NCBI GenBank assembly: GCA_030390025.1
Contig: CM059432.1
Location: 73,100,001 to 73,164,000 of the forward strand
Length of the DNA stretch: 64,000 bases
Source: Squalus acanthias
Lineage: Eukaryota
Direction: 5' to 3'
Shown: positions 1 to 11,448 of the stretch, in pieces
Position numbering within the stretch: position 1 is the stretch's first letter
Layout: every line of letters starts with the position of its first letter
Notes under the pieces: generated by a model
The model's database searches: none
What the model was told of the DNA's origin: nothing
Seen by the model: the letters and a program-made list of their open reading frames with translations, nothing else
Program-made: the position numbers and the translations under genes

Positions 1-516
1 GGTGGAGAGTTGCGCAATTTGCTCAACTTTCACCCGCTGAATACCTGTGAAATTCTTATGCCTGGTAAAAGCAGGCATAAGGCCTGCTTTTACCAGCATA
101 GGAGTTTTATAAAATAGAAAAATAAAATTTTATCACTCATTTATACATTAAAAACCCTGTCCAATAAGGTACGTTTATTTTTAGCCCCGTTAAAACATAT
201 TTTTTTTTTAATTCAAAAAATTAAATTTTCGTTTAAAATATTTAATTAAATGGCATTTTAATTAATTTTAAATATGTAATTTAAAAAAAATTATTTCATG
301 TGTTCGTGTATTTTTTAAGTGATCCCCATTCATACTTATGGGAGTTCTGAACGTACTGCATTCTCCCCTGGGATATGTGGGCCTCTGCCTGCACGTACCC
401 GGAGAGGCCCAGGATCGCAAGCCTCCGTATCGCCCGGGCCACCAGGTAAATGCGTTGATTTTTTACAGATCGGAGGCATCCGCCCACGGGAAGCCTCCGA
501 TCGCAAATTTTGGGCC
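1..516. mobile_element. Right part of a Harbinger-type MITE, left end outside the window
   Basis: Ends in ...GATCGCAAATTTTGGGCC, the reverse complement of the GG-N4-AATTT terminus seen on other MITEs here; GC-rich subterminus and AT-rich core. Confidence 0.5.
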
Positions 517-1233
517 ATTGTTTAAAACAACTGCTCCATGGTCCCGCCAACAATAGCAACAAATAAACAATGATTCTCTCTCCACAATGCAACAAAAAAC
601 TGAAAATATTTTTAACACAATGGCGTCATAACAGATTTTCCGATTTTGCAGAATTAGGGCACGTTTTCTGTGTGGAGACATAACGCCCGTCACAAACATG
701 TGCCCCTGACTCTGTTTGATCTTTGTATCCTCAGGGTCAGTTCAGTAATTTTGGCATATTCACTGAGCCCCACCAAGGGGTCCACCAGTAGTTGGGGTGG
801 AGATTGTTGCAATACAGCAACTCCGGCGGTTTCTGAGCTGCCAGGAAAACCACGAAATTCTTTAAGAATTTTGACTTTGGCATGATGGCCTACTTTACAA
901 TTGATTGCACAGGCTTTCTGGACTTTAATATTTAAATAACAGTGCTGGATGCTAGGAACAAACAGCCATTCATTATGTCCAGTGCTGGGTGGTCAAATGG
1001 CAGAAAATATGTTCATGGGGTGTGAAAACAGGCGTGCCCAATTTCAGTTTCTTTCCTTTCCTGTTATACTTCTACCCAGAAAGTGGTGAAGGAAGTGCAG
1101 AAGATCCCAGCCCTGGTATGAATAAAATACCACATCATGTTAGCAATGGATTATGGGAAAAATATTGTGATGCAAGCAATTAATTCTCTTGTACTGGTGA
1201 CGTTCATGACTTATGCCTGAAGATGGAAATTAC

Positions 1234-1320
1234 CCTGTGGTCAGTGTTGTAATCTCCTCCATCTTGGATAAGCGTTGGGTTATCTTGAACTGTACTTTTC
1301 ACAGTCATTCCTCTTGTCTG
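1234..1320 (-). CDS. Candidate internal coding exon of an unidentified host gene: (Q)TRGMTVKSTVQDNPTLIQDGGDYNTDHR
   Basis: Minus strand reads pyrimidine tract TTCCCTGTCTTTGCATCAATTTTTTTTGTTAG|CAG (NAGNAG), then 84/87 nt open only in phase 0, then donor AGG|GTAATT; lies in non-repeat DNA. Confidence 0.45.
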
Positions 1321-1559
1321 CTAACAAAAAAAATTGATGCAAAGACAGGGAAGTGTACACCACATGTAGCATTTAACATACACGAGGATAGAATAGTAGA
1401 TTTGATTATATCTGTGAATTTGTGCACCATATAGATTAATATCAACACACAGGGGTACTACAAATGGAGGTAGTGGACACCTCCAACTGACTCGCCATTT
1501 GCCATTGGATACTTGTTTGCAACCCAGCCAAAATAGACAACTATCTCCAATCTTACAGG

Positions 1560-2030
1560 TGACCAAAGGCATCTTCAATCAGCTAGGTTTTGATGAGGCT
1601 TTGAAGGTAAGAAAGCAGATGGGTTTAGGAAGAGAATTCCTGAATGTAGGGCTCAAAACTGCTAAAGGTTTTGTCATCAGTATGGGAACAGGGGTGGGGG
1701 TGGAGGTTTGGAATGCAAAGGACGTCAGCGTCAGAAAAGTGAAGAGCACACATTGGTGTATAAGGCCGAAGGAGGCTGCAGAGATTGAGCGGGGTGAGGT
1801 CATGGAAGGGTTTATAAATGAGTACAAGGGTTTTGAATTCAAAGCATTGGGGGAGGTTGCTGGGGATAGGAGCTTGAGGGCAGTGGAAAGTGACAAAGGT
1901 GTGAGAGTTTCAACAGCAAGTGATGTTGTAGAGATGGAAATATGCGGTCTTGTTGAGGGGTTTGAAGTCAGCTGAGGGTCAAACAGGATGTGGTTACACA
2001 CTGTCGAATTTAGCCTGACCAAGCAGCAGG
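1560..2030 (-). mobile_element. L2-like LINE fragments (3' region and RT)
   Basis: Minus ORF 1579-2115 resembles decayed L2 ORF2; sequence is similar to the L2 3' ends at 36921 and 47690. Confidence 0.55.
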
Positions 2031-2399
2031 GGAGGGAGTATGAACTATGCAGTTTTTGATGAGAGTCGAACAGGACGTCTTCGGCAGCACATCCCAAACC
2101 AGTGACCTCCACCACCTAGAAGGACAAGGGCAGCAGGCACATTGGAACACCATCACCTCCAAGTCACATACCAGCGATGTTCATATCCTGAGAGTGAATA
2201 TTAAAAAAAGTTGGATGAAGATTTGCTTATCAAATTCCAGAAAGTCCCACCTCCAAGTCAGGATCTTCTACCCCCCCTGCAATGATTCCTGGGTGGAACT
2301 GGAGAAAGTGAGATGGAAAATGGAAAGGGGACATGGTTCACTGCATTCCTGACCAATTTCTTGGCCATCTGCTTTCTTGCTGGACAGGTAACATTCAAT

Positions 2400-3031
2400 G
2401 GGCTGGATTTTCATTGACCCGTGGAGGTGGGTTTGGAGGCGTGCGGGGGTTAAAATTGCAAAAACTGGCGGGCGGGCTCAAGCCCGCCTCCACGCAATTT
2501 TCATTAAATAGTGTCTGCTGGTCCCGACTTCGTCCCGCCTCTAAGAGGTGGAATAGGCTGTTAAGGCCCTTAACAAGCACTAAATTGCCTCTATAATGCC
2601 GTTTTGAAAGGCCTTTGTGATTTTAACCCTTTTTCTACGTGAAGCACGCCTGTTCTGAACCACGAATGTGAAACCTGGCGGGAGCACATTTGGCTGGCTA
2701 GCTGGCTACATATCTGGGAGTGGTGGAGGAGACATATCTGGGAGTGGTGGTGCAAAAATATCTGGGAGCAGACTTAGGGCTGCTGCTGCTCATTTTGCAT
2801 CCAGGTCCTCTCACAGCAAAGGCCAGGCAGTCTTTGCAGACCTTCAATGCAGCAGCAATGATGACATCATCAGAGGCGACTTTCAGACTGAAAACACTAA
2901 TTGGTTCATGGGTTCCCACATGCTGGAACTCAAATTGCCCAATTAGGTGAAAATCGTATCAATCTCCCACATCCAATTGCAGTCGGGTGGATAACACGAC
3001 CCCAACCCACCCCAGTATCAAAATCCAGCCC
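2400..3031. mobile_element. Harbinger-type non-autonomous element (MITE)
   Basis: 12-bp TIR GGGCTGGATTTT / AAAATCCAGCCC; perfect 3-bp TSD AAT; internal 24-bp triplication at about 2708-2770. Confidence 0.85.
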
Positions 3032-3200
3032 AATATGTCCACTCATATATGGATGAATGTATTGATATTCAAATGATATTCATCCAACATATTTTCTCTC
3101 ATTTCGCTAATGGCAACAGGTACAGAATTGCTATGGCAGCAGAGAGGGTAATTTGCACTTAGAAATCCTGAAAACCTTTGCAATCAATTGCAGATTCATA

Positions 3201-4047
3201 GGGGGGAATTTTAACCCCCAAAAACGGTTGGGTTAGGGTTGGGTGCAAGTCAAGATGTAAAAAATCTCAAACCCAAACCCAACCCACCTCGAACCCGCCC
3301 ACTTCTGGTTTTAATGGAGGCGGGACGGGGGGGCTTACGACCAGACTGCTCCCAGGAGGGGAGTTGGTCATTTAAATATTTTAATGAGGCTGTGTGCCTC
3401 AGATTTTTTTCTCTGTTCAGCTTTAGCGTTGGCCAGCTGGGTTTCCCGAACCTTGGGAAACCTGGCAGCTAAAGAGAGGTGAGGACTGCTGTAAGGAACA
3501 GGTAAGTGCTTTTCCAGCACTGCTTGTGGGCCAGGAGGAGCAGGAGTGCTTCACCCTGGCCCTCCAAGCAGACCTATTAACATCCTTAGCGATCAGACCA
3601 CCCCCTCAGTGATCCAATCCCCTCCGGATATCCTCCACGGCTCCCGATCTCCTCCAGCACCCTGCCCCCCCCCCCCACCCCATGTCCTCCATGGGCCGCC
3701 CACGATCTTCACCCTTCCTCCCCTAATCTCTCCAGCTATGTCCCCCCCCCCCGATCTCTCCGGGCCCCCTTATTGATGTACCACCTGACCCCCGATCTCT
3801 CCACATCCCCCCCCCCCCCCAAATCGATGTCCCCCTGAGCCCTGACCTCTCCCGGCCCCCACCCCATTGATGTCCCCCCCAATCCCCGATCTCTCCCTCC
3901 CTCTTCTCTGCTCCTCTCAATCTGGCTGGCTGTGGCCGGGAGTCCAAAAGTGGTAATCAGCTCCTGCCATTAAATTCAGCAGAACCTGCGGGACCGTCAA
4001 ACTGTCCCGCCCCCTCCCCCCCCCACCTCCCCATTAATATCGGGGCC
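3201..4047. mobile_element. Harbinger-type MITE with C-rich low-complexity core
   Basis: Imperfect termini GGGGGGAATTTTAA ... TTAATATCGGGGCC; CCCGCC/GGCGGG subterminal motifs. Confidence 0.6.
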
Positions 4048-5422
4048 AGATTCAAAAAAACATCTTTTTTACTCGCAACTCAGAGGCTGCCAGCAATGCT
4101 ATGCAGAAAATCTACCCCTTCCCTCACATCCCCTCTACAGGACTCCTTCGCGGAGGGCAGGGAGACCACCAAAATATTTTATTGGCCTCGTGTCTGGATG
4201 AGTCGCTAGGTTGGGAGTTCTGCCACACTGAAGATTTCTGCAAAAACAGTGGATCTGGGCTCTAAGTCATATGTCTGTTTATCAACTACAAAACACACAA
4301 ATCTTCTCCATACTCCCAGCACATTTCAAGCATCACTTTTAGCAAGAAGATCAGATCAGCACATCCATATCCTATGTTGCTATCCTCTTCTGAAACCATG
4401 CTGTCTTTTCTGCAGTTTCACATACAGATGTCATTGTAGTCTATTGATGACCACACTAGCAAATGCCTTCCAGCCACACTAAGTGCCTACTTTTTCCTCT
4501 CCCATTAAAATTCCTGTGCTGTTCCGTCCATTGAAATCAAACATGAATAATTTTGTAATCACTGCCTGCTCTGCGCAAGACCCCGCCAGCGGAACGGAAT
4601 CTCGCAAAATTTACCCCAGAATGTTCGTTAAATGTTTTTGTTAAAATCCGCAAACAAACACACATGACCTGAAAAGTGATGTGCAGGTGATATGCGGTAT
4701 AATGCTTTAAGGCACCATTGCAAAATGCCAAAGGAGTGATAGCGTAAGCATTCACGCTTGCAACACTCTGTTAAGTTAATAGTCTCAGCCACATAGCTGA
4801 GGGCAGGCGTTTCCCTCACTTTCTCTCTTTTTCAGTTTAAAATAGCTGAAGTCAAGCCCCAAATACTTCATTACTACACAGTTCCTTCCATACCGACCAC
4901 AATTTATATGACATGTTCACATAATATGCTCCACAGTTAGCATCCGTAACTATTCTTTCAACCAGTTATTAAACCTAAATAGAGAGGCTTATTTTCAATA
5001 ATAATGACTTTATGACTAATAATTTAGTGTACAACTATAGACAGAGTCACCTATAGTAAACAATTCTGGAGCAAAGGGAAGCTGAACCTACACAAGCACT
5101 ACAGTGCAAACATTTCACCACTGATTTCAAAACATAAGAGACCATTGAGCAGTTCCCAAAAAAGATGGAGATGCATCTCTCCTCCCACTCACATCCCCAA
5201 AAAGAGATTTTAAAAAATCTTAATTTTATGAATATTATACTCATTTTTTTTTTTAACAATTTAGAGTTTTGTATTGCAATTCACAGCCTGGTTTTTCAAA
5301 AAACTTCAGATTTGACTCCGCTATCAAGACAAAAATGTGAAACTAGGATCAGTACCCAAATGGAGCCAGGTTCCCTGAAAACTTTGTTTCTTTTTTTGCT
5401 ACCAGAAATCTGTAATATTTGA

Positions 5423-5915
5423 GCCCTGATTTTTCTGGGTTCAGAAAAATGGGGTTCAGCCGGCCCAATTCACAGGCTTGCCTGCATCTGCAGCACAGAG
5501 GGATGGCCTGGCTGAATTTTCCATTGGGAATCCCTCCCCCTATTTGAATAGGCCAGACACAGGAGAGCTTGGCCTGCAGAGAGTTGGCAGGGGAGAGGAA
5601 AATCCATCCAGGGAGCAGCTCTTAAACAGCTGCAGCTAGCCATGAAAGAGCAAGTTGTAGTGAAGACAGAAACATTTCATAATTGATCACAGTGACACAG
5701 TGGAGATGTAGGGGCAACACTGCTCGCTTTATAACTAAAGGACTGGAAGCCCTGTTTCAGGAGGTGCACCAAATGAGGGGCTGAAGACCACACTCTAGTA
5801 AAAGCACTGGTGCAAGTAATCAAAGCACGCCACTGATCACGTCCATGCTGTTACTCAGGTCCCTTGCACCTGACTGCAAATGAGAAATACATTTGCTGAT
5901 ATTGGGGTAAGTGTG
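5423..5915 (+). mobile_element. Old Harbinger left end with decayed Myb/SANT exon
   Basis: GCCCTGATTTT terminus; ARFITKGLEALFQEVH...QMRNTFADIG followed by GTAAGT, resembling the Myb exon at 11449. Confidence 0.45.
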
Positions 5916-5946
5916 CTCCTTAATATTAAACACATTTCTTGTGGGG

Positions 5947-6375
5947 CCTTTTTAAAAATTCATTCAGTCACGGGATGTGGGCATAGTCGGCAAGGCAAGT
6001 ATTTATTGCTGATCCCTAATTGCCTTGAGAAGGTGGTGGTGAGCCGCCTTCTTGAATACAACTGAGTGGCTTGCTTGGCATTTCAGAAAGCAGTTAAGAG
6101 TCAATTGCTGTGGGTCTGGAGTCACATGTAGGCCAGACCAGGTAAGGACGGCAGATTTCCTTCCCTAAAGGACATTAGTGAACCAGATAGGTTTTTACGA
6201 CAATCCGGTAGTTTCATGGTCACCATTACTGATACTAGCTTTTTATTCCAGATTATTTTAATTGAATTTAAATTCCTCAGCTGCCATGGTGGGATTTGAA
6301 CTCATGTCTCATGGATCATTAGTCCAGGCCTCTGGATTACTAGTTCAGTAACATAACCACTATGCTACTGTACCC
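5947..6375 (-). mobile_element. tRNA-headed SINE with LINE-derived 3' tail
   Basis: Minus-strand head has box A-like TAGCATAGTGG and box B-like GAGTTCAAATCC; tail (5947-6060) matches the 3' end of the LINE at 45735-46340. Confidence 0.75.
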
Positions 6376-6839
6376 ACAAGTCAAGCATGGCATGAGCTTA
6401 AAATGAAAACCCTCACTCTCTCTGGGAGATAGCATTTTCAGCATTGAAGACACCCATTGCACTGTTACACACACTCTCAGTGTGCCAAAGCTGTATGGCA
6501 CACTACTCTTGGAGGTGGAGATGGCAAATGTGGCAAACCAAATAGATATGCAGTCTTCCAGGCTAAGGCCCTCCGTTGCTGCTAGGAGGTTCCTCAGGGG
6601 TCAGCAGAAATGTATGAAGAAGTTAGTCCTGGTCTCCTAAGTGTAATTTCCCGTGTTCCCCATCTCCCTCACCCAGAGTTTCCTTTCCTTCCAGAAACGC
6701 AGCCACCATGGCCTGCTGTTTACTATTGAGTTCCTGGACCTTTTTCAATGCCTTGCACAAAGTAGTCCAAATGAAGCCTCACCGATGATCTATACATGGT
6801 TCAGATATCCTGTTTTGGCTTATGAAGCTTATGGAGCTT

Positions 6840-7340
6840 TGCCTGCTAAGTTTCTGGTCAATGGTGACCCCCAGGATGTTGATGGTGGGGGATTCGGCGA
6901 TGGTGATGCCGTTGAATGTCAATGGGCGGTGGTTAGACTCTCGCTTGTTGGAGATAGTCATTGCCTGGCACTTCTGTGGCGTGAATGTAACCTGCCACTT
7001 ATCAGCTAAAGCCTGAATGTCGTCCAGGTCTTGTTGCATGCGGGCATGGACTGCTTCATTATCTGAGGAGTTGCAAATGGCACTGAACACTCTGCAGTCA
7101 TGAGGAACATCCCCATTTTTGACCTTATGATGGAGGGAAGGTCATTGATGAAGCAGCTGAAGATCGTTGGGCCTAGGACGCTGCCCTGAGGAACTCCTGC
7201 AGCGATGTCCTGGGGCTGTGATGATTGACCTCCAACCACCACAATCATCTTCCTTTGTGCTAGGTATGACTCCAGCCATTGGAGAGTTTTCCCCCCAATT
7301 CCCATTGACTTCAGTTTTACTAGGGCTCCTTGATGCCACT
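6840..7340 (-). mobile_element. RT fragment of a CR1/L2-group LINE, probably the family of 45735-46340
   Basis: [32 protein letters not shown] and LQQDLDDIQA-like WQVTFTPQKCQ RT motifs. Confidence 0.85.
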
Positions 7341-8480
7341 CTTGATCAAATGCTGGGAGAGTTTTTTTTCCAGGGGCAGACACAGAAGGAAGTTGGGTTG
7401 GGGGGGTGGATGGAAGGGGGATGTGGGTGGAGAGCGATACGAGGAAGTGGTCAGAGATGGCCTTATCTGCGATTGACATGATGGGAGTAGCGAGGCCACG
7501 AGAGATGGCAAGGTCAAGGGGGTGGCCATGAATATGGGTTGGGGAGTTTACATGGAGGGAGAGATTAAGGGAGTCTAGTGAACTCCGAGGAGAGAGAGCA
7601 TGATGAATTGAGATGCAGGTTGAAATCATCGAGGATGAGAAGTCGTTCGGTGCAGAGGCTGAGGGAGGAGAGCAGTGAAGATATCTCGGTAATAACATTT
7701 TAATGGGTGGGTGGTAGAGAACAAGAATTTTAAATGAGAGGTGAGATGCTCAAAGGAGGAGAAAGTGACGGAGGAGTAGGGGGACAGACCAAGGTGTGAT
7801 TTGGTGATGAGAGCCACACCACCATCACCTGAGCAGGGCAGTGGTGGAAGGTATAGCCAAACGGAGAGGCTTCATTTAAGGCAAGGTGTCATCACTCTTC
7901 AACCAAGTTTCCGTTAGGGCCATGATGTCGATGCAATCATCCACAATAAGCTCATGGATGGCAAGGACCTTGTTTGCAAGCGAACGGACATTTTGGAGGG
8001 AGATGTGGAGGTCAGTGATGGCTGCCCCACTGCCAGCATTCACAGGGTCAACGCTGGGGGGTGGGGGGGGGGGGGGATGAGTTGGATGGGGAGGAAATTG
8101 GCAAGATTTGCCCCCAGTGGGCGTGCTGGGCGGGAAGGTCAGCAAGAGCGTAAAATGGGACAGTTGGGGTTGCTGCTCATAAGGCGGCAGCGACGAGTGC
8201 CTCGATGGGCCCTTCGTAGAATGCCAAGAGGCACACAGGGAAGCTGTGGGCTTATCCAAGAGTGAGTCAAGCCTGGGACGGCGGCAGGAGAGTACCAATA
8301 AATTAAGTGAAGCCACCGAGAAACCCAAAATCTATACAGGAGGCTGCATCTATTTGCACCACGTGATGGAAGGCGCAGACTTCTTATTGCCACTGACACA
8401 GAGTGTGGGAGGACAATACACATGCAACAGTTTGTCTGCAATGTGTAATTTGATCCAGTCATTTGTCAGGCAGGCTACAA
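7341..8480 (-). mobile_element. 5' part of an L2 LINE, APE endonuclease, frameshifted
   Basis: ISLQNVRSLANK..DIMALTETWL, PTHIHGHPLDL and ISDHFLV endonuclease motifs. Confidence 0.8.
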
Positions 8481-8486
8481 AGGTCA

Positions 8487-9530
8487 GACACTATTGAGTT
8501 CAAAGAACACACAGCGTTAACACTACCGTGTTCAGAGAACACACAGTGCTAACACTATCGAGTGCAGAGAACGCACAGCGCTGACACTATCGAGTTCAGA
8601 GAACTCACAGCGTTAACACTACTGAGTTCAGAGAATGCACAGTGCCGACACTACTGAATTCAGAGAATGCACAGTGCTAACACTATCGAGTTCAGAGAAC
8701 GCACAGTGCTAACACTATCATAGAAACATAGAAACATAGAAACTAGGAGCAGGAGTAGGCCATTCGGCCCGTCGAGCCTGCTCCACCATTCAATACGATC
8801 ATGGCTGATCATCCAAATCCAGTACCCTGTCCCTGCTTTCTCACACAGAATCCCCATCGAGCCTGCACAGACACATATCCCACCCTATCCCCGTAACACC
8901 ACGTATTTAATTCCCCCTAACATATCCCTTCCTATCCTATCGAGTTCAGAGAACACACAGTGCTAACACTATCGAGTTCGGAGAACGCACAGCGCTGACA
9001 CTACAGAGTTCAGAGAACGCACAGCGCTGACACTACAGAGTTCAGAGAACGCACAGCACTGACACTACAGAGTTCAGAGAACGCACAGCGCTGACACTAC
9101 AGAGTTCAGAGAACGCACAGCGCTGACACTACAGAGTTCAGAGAACGCACAGCGCTGACACTACAGAGTTCAGAGAACGCACAGCGCTGACACTACAGAG
9201 TTCAGAGAACGCACAGCGCTGACACTACAGAGTTCAGAGAACGCACAGCGCTGACACTACAGAGTTCAGAGAACGCACAGCGCTGACACTACCGAGTTCA
9301 GAGAACGCACAGCGCTGACACTACCGAGTTCAGTGAACGCACAGCGCTGACACTATCGAGTTCAGTGAACGCACAGCGCTGACACTATCGAGTTCAGTGA
9401 ACGCACAGCGCTGACACTATCGAGTTCAGTGAACGCACAGCGCTGACACTATCGAGTTCAGTGAACGCACAGCGCTGACACTATCGAGTTCAGTGAACGC
9501 ACAGCGCTGACACTACTGAATTCAGACAAT
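8487..9530. repeat. 32-bp minisatellite, roughly 25 units, interrupted at 8720-8936
   Basis: Unit GAGTTCAGAGAACGCACAGCGCTGACACTACA, directly visible head to tail. Confidence 0.95.
8720..8936 (-). mobile_element. Short CR1-tailed retroposon inserted in the minisatellite
   Basis: (CATAGAAA)n tail and GGCCGAATGGCCTACTCCTGCTCC CR1 3' end; flanked by CTATC on both sides. Confidence 0.75.
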
Positions 9531-10645
9531 GCGCCCAGAAAGTAAAAGCTTCTATTTCAGACTCTGTGATCACCACGGGGACTGTGATTAAATTATTAAA
9601 AGCAAAGTAACATAATGATCAAAGTGGTCAGGTTACTCACTTCACATCACTTGGCCATTGGTTCAAGTGAAATAGCTGATATTTATGTCAGCTGGCCACA
9701 GGTACAATCAATTCAATGTAATCAATGCTCAACAATGTTATGTGGCACAGGTCAGAGGAAGAATGACTGGTAGGGGCCAACTATCAAAGGGAAGTTTATA
9801 GAAGCACACATATTTAACACTGGAGGAAGCTATTTGGCCCTTCTTGTCCTTACTGATTTTAGATCACTCTTGGGGGCTGATTTTCCACAGTCTCATTTTC
9901 CTGCTTTCTCCTCAAATCAATCACATTTCCTGCTTTCCTCTAAGCCAATTCAATTTTTTCTTCTTTCTCTTTATACTCTTTTATATTCTTCTTAAGTATT
10001 TAGCTAGTATCTTTCTGTATGCTGCTATCGATTTAGTATCGATCATCACTTGTGGCAAAGCATTCCACATTCCAATAACTAAAACGTTTTTTAAATCTCT
10101 CCTTTATGTATCTAGTGCTTATCTTGTGATCATGGCCTTATGTCTTCCATTTATCTATGTTTAACTTGTCATAGAATCATAGAATGGTTACAGCACTGAA
10201 GGCGGCCATTCAGCCCATCGAGCCCGTGCCGGCTCTCTGAAAGAGCACTTCAGCTAGTCCCAATTCCCACCCTTTCCCTGTAGTCCTGCCAATTTTTTTC
10301 CTTCAAGTTTTGTCCAATTCCCTTTCGAAAGCCATGATTGAATCTGCCTCCACCATCCTTTCAGTTAGTGAATTCCAGATCCTAACCACTCGCTGAGTAA
10401 AAAAGTTTTTCCTCATGTCGCCTTTGGTTCTTCTGCCAATCACCTTAAATCTGTGTCCTCTGGTTCTTCACCCTTCTGCTAATGGGAACAGTTTCTCTCT
10501 ATCTATTCTGTCCAGACCCCTCATGATTTTGAACACCTCTATCAAATCTCCTCTCAATCTTCTCTGCTCTAAGGAGAACAACCCCAGCTTCTCCCTTCTA
10601 TCCGTGTAACTGAAGTCCCTCATCCCTGGAATCATTCTCATAAAT

Positions 10646-11115
10646 GTCAGTGTCAGCTGTGGCTCAGTGGGTAGCACACTCGCCTCTGAGTCAGAAGGTT
10701 GTGGGTTCAAGTCCCACTCCAGGGACTTGAGCACATAAATCTAGGCTGACACTCCAGTGCAGTGCTGAGGGAGTGCTGCACTGTTGGAAGTGCTGTCTTT
10801 TGGATGAGACGTTAAGCCAAGGCCCTGTCTGCTCTCTCAGGTGGACGTAAAAGATCCCAAGGCACTATTTTGAAGAACAGCAGGGAATTATCCCCGGTTT
10901 CCTGACCAATATTTATCCCTCAATCAACATAACAAAAACAGATTATCTGGTCAATATCACATTGCTGTTTGTGGGAGCTTGCTGTGTGCTAATTGGCTGC
11001 CGTGTTTCCCACATTAAAACAGTGACTACATTTCAAAAGCACTTCATTGGCTGTAAAGCGCTTTGCGACGTCCGGTGGTCATGAAAGGCGCTATATAAAT
11101 GTAAGTCTTTCTTTT
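10646..11115 (+). mobile_element. Full-length tRNA-headed Deu-domain SINE (SacSINE1/AmnSINE1-like)
   Basis: Box A TGGCTCAGTGG, box B GGTTCAAGTCC, Deu-like core CTCTCAGGTGGACGTAAAAGATCCC, L2-like tail AAAGGCGCTATATAAAT, TSD TAAAT. Confidence 0.88.
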
Positions 11116-11448
11116 TAAATCTTTTCTGCACCCTCTCTAAGGTCTTCACATCCTTCCTAAAGTGCGGTGCCCAGAATTGGACACAGTGGGCTCGATTTTA
11201 ATTCCTGAGGCGGGTTGTAGTCGGGTTGCATGGTGGGCGGGTTCGAGAGCCGCTTCCGGCGGGAACAGCTGCAGAGTTGCGATTTTTATTCAAGAACCTT
11301 GTTAATTTCATGGAGGCCGCTGGCTGGTCCAATGAGTGGGATCGGGTCGGCTGGCCGCCTCTGATGACGTCATAATAGCAGCTGCTTTTAAAGCTGCCAT
11401 CCAGCCTGAGCCTTTCCATTGTGGTTTCCTGCACTTCTTTTCACAGCT

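Noticed and set aside
3546..3947. Pro-rich and Gly-rich ORFs
   Set aside because: Low-complexity C-rich interior of a MITE
7006..7698. 230-aa ORF joining endonuclease and RT motifs as a novel compact retroelement
   Set aside because: Chance junction at about 7340 between fragments of two LINE families; both parts are frameshifted
8487..9530. CRISPR array
   Set aside because: Units are head to tail with no unique spacers, there are no cas genes, and the context is eukaryotic
10650..10725. tRNA gene
   Set aside because: It is the tRNA-derived head of a SINE and continues into the Deu domain and LINE-type tail
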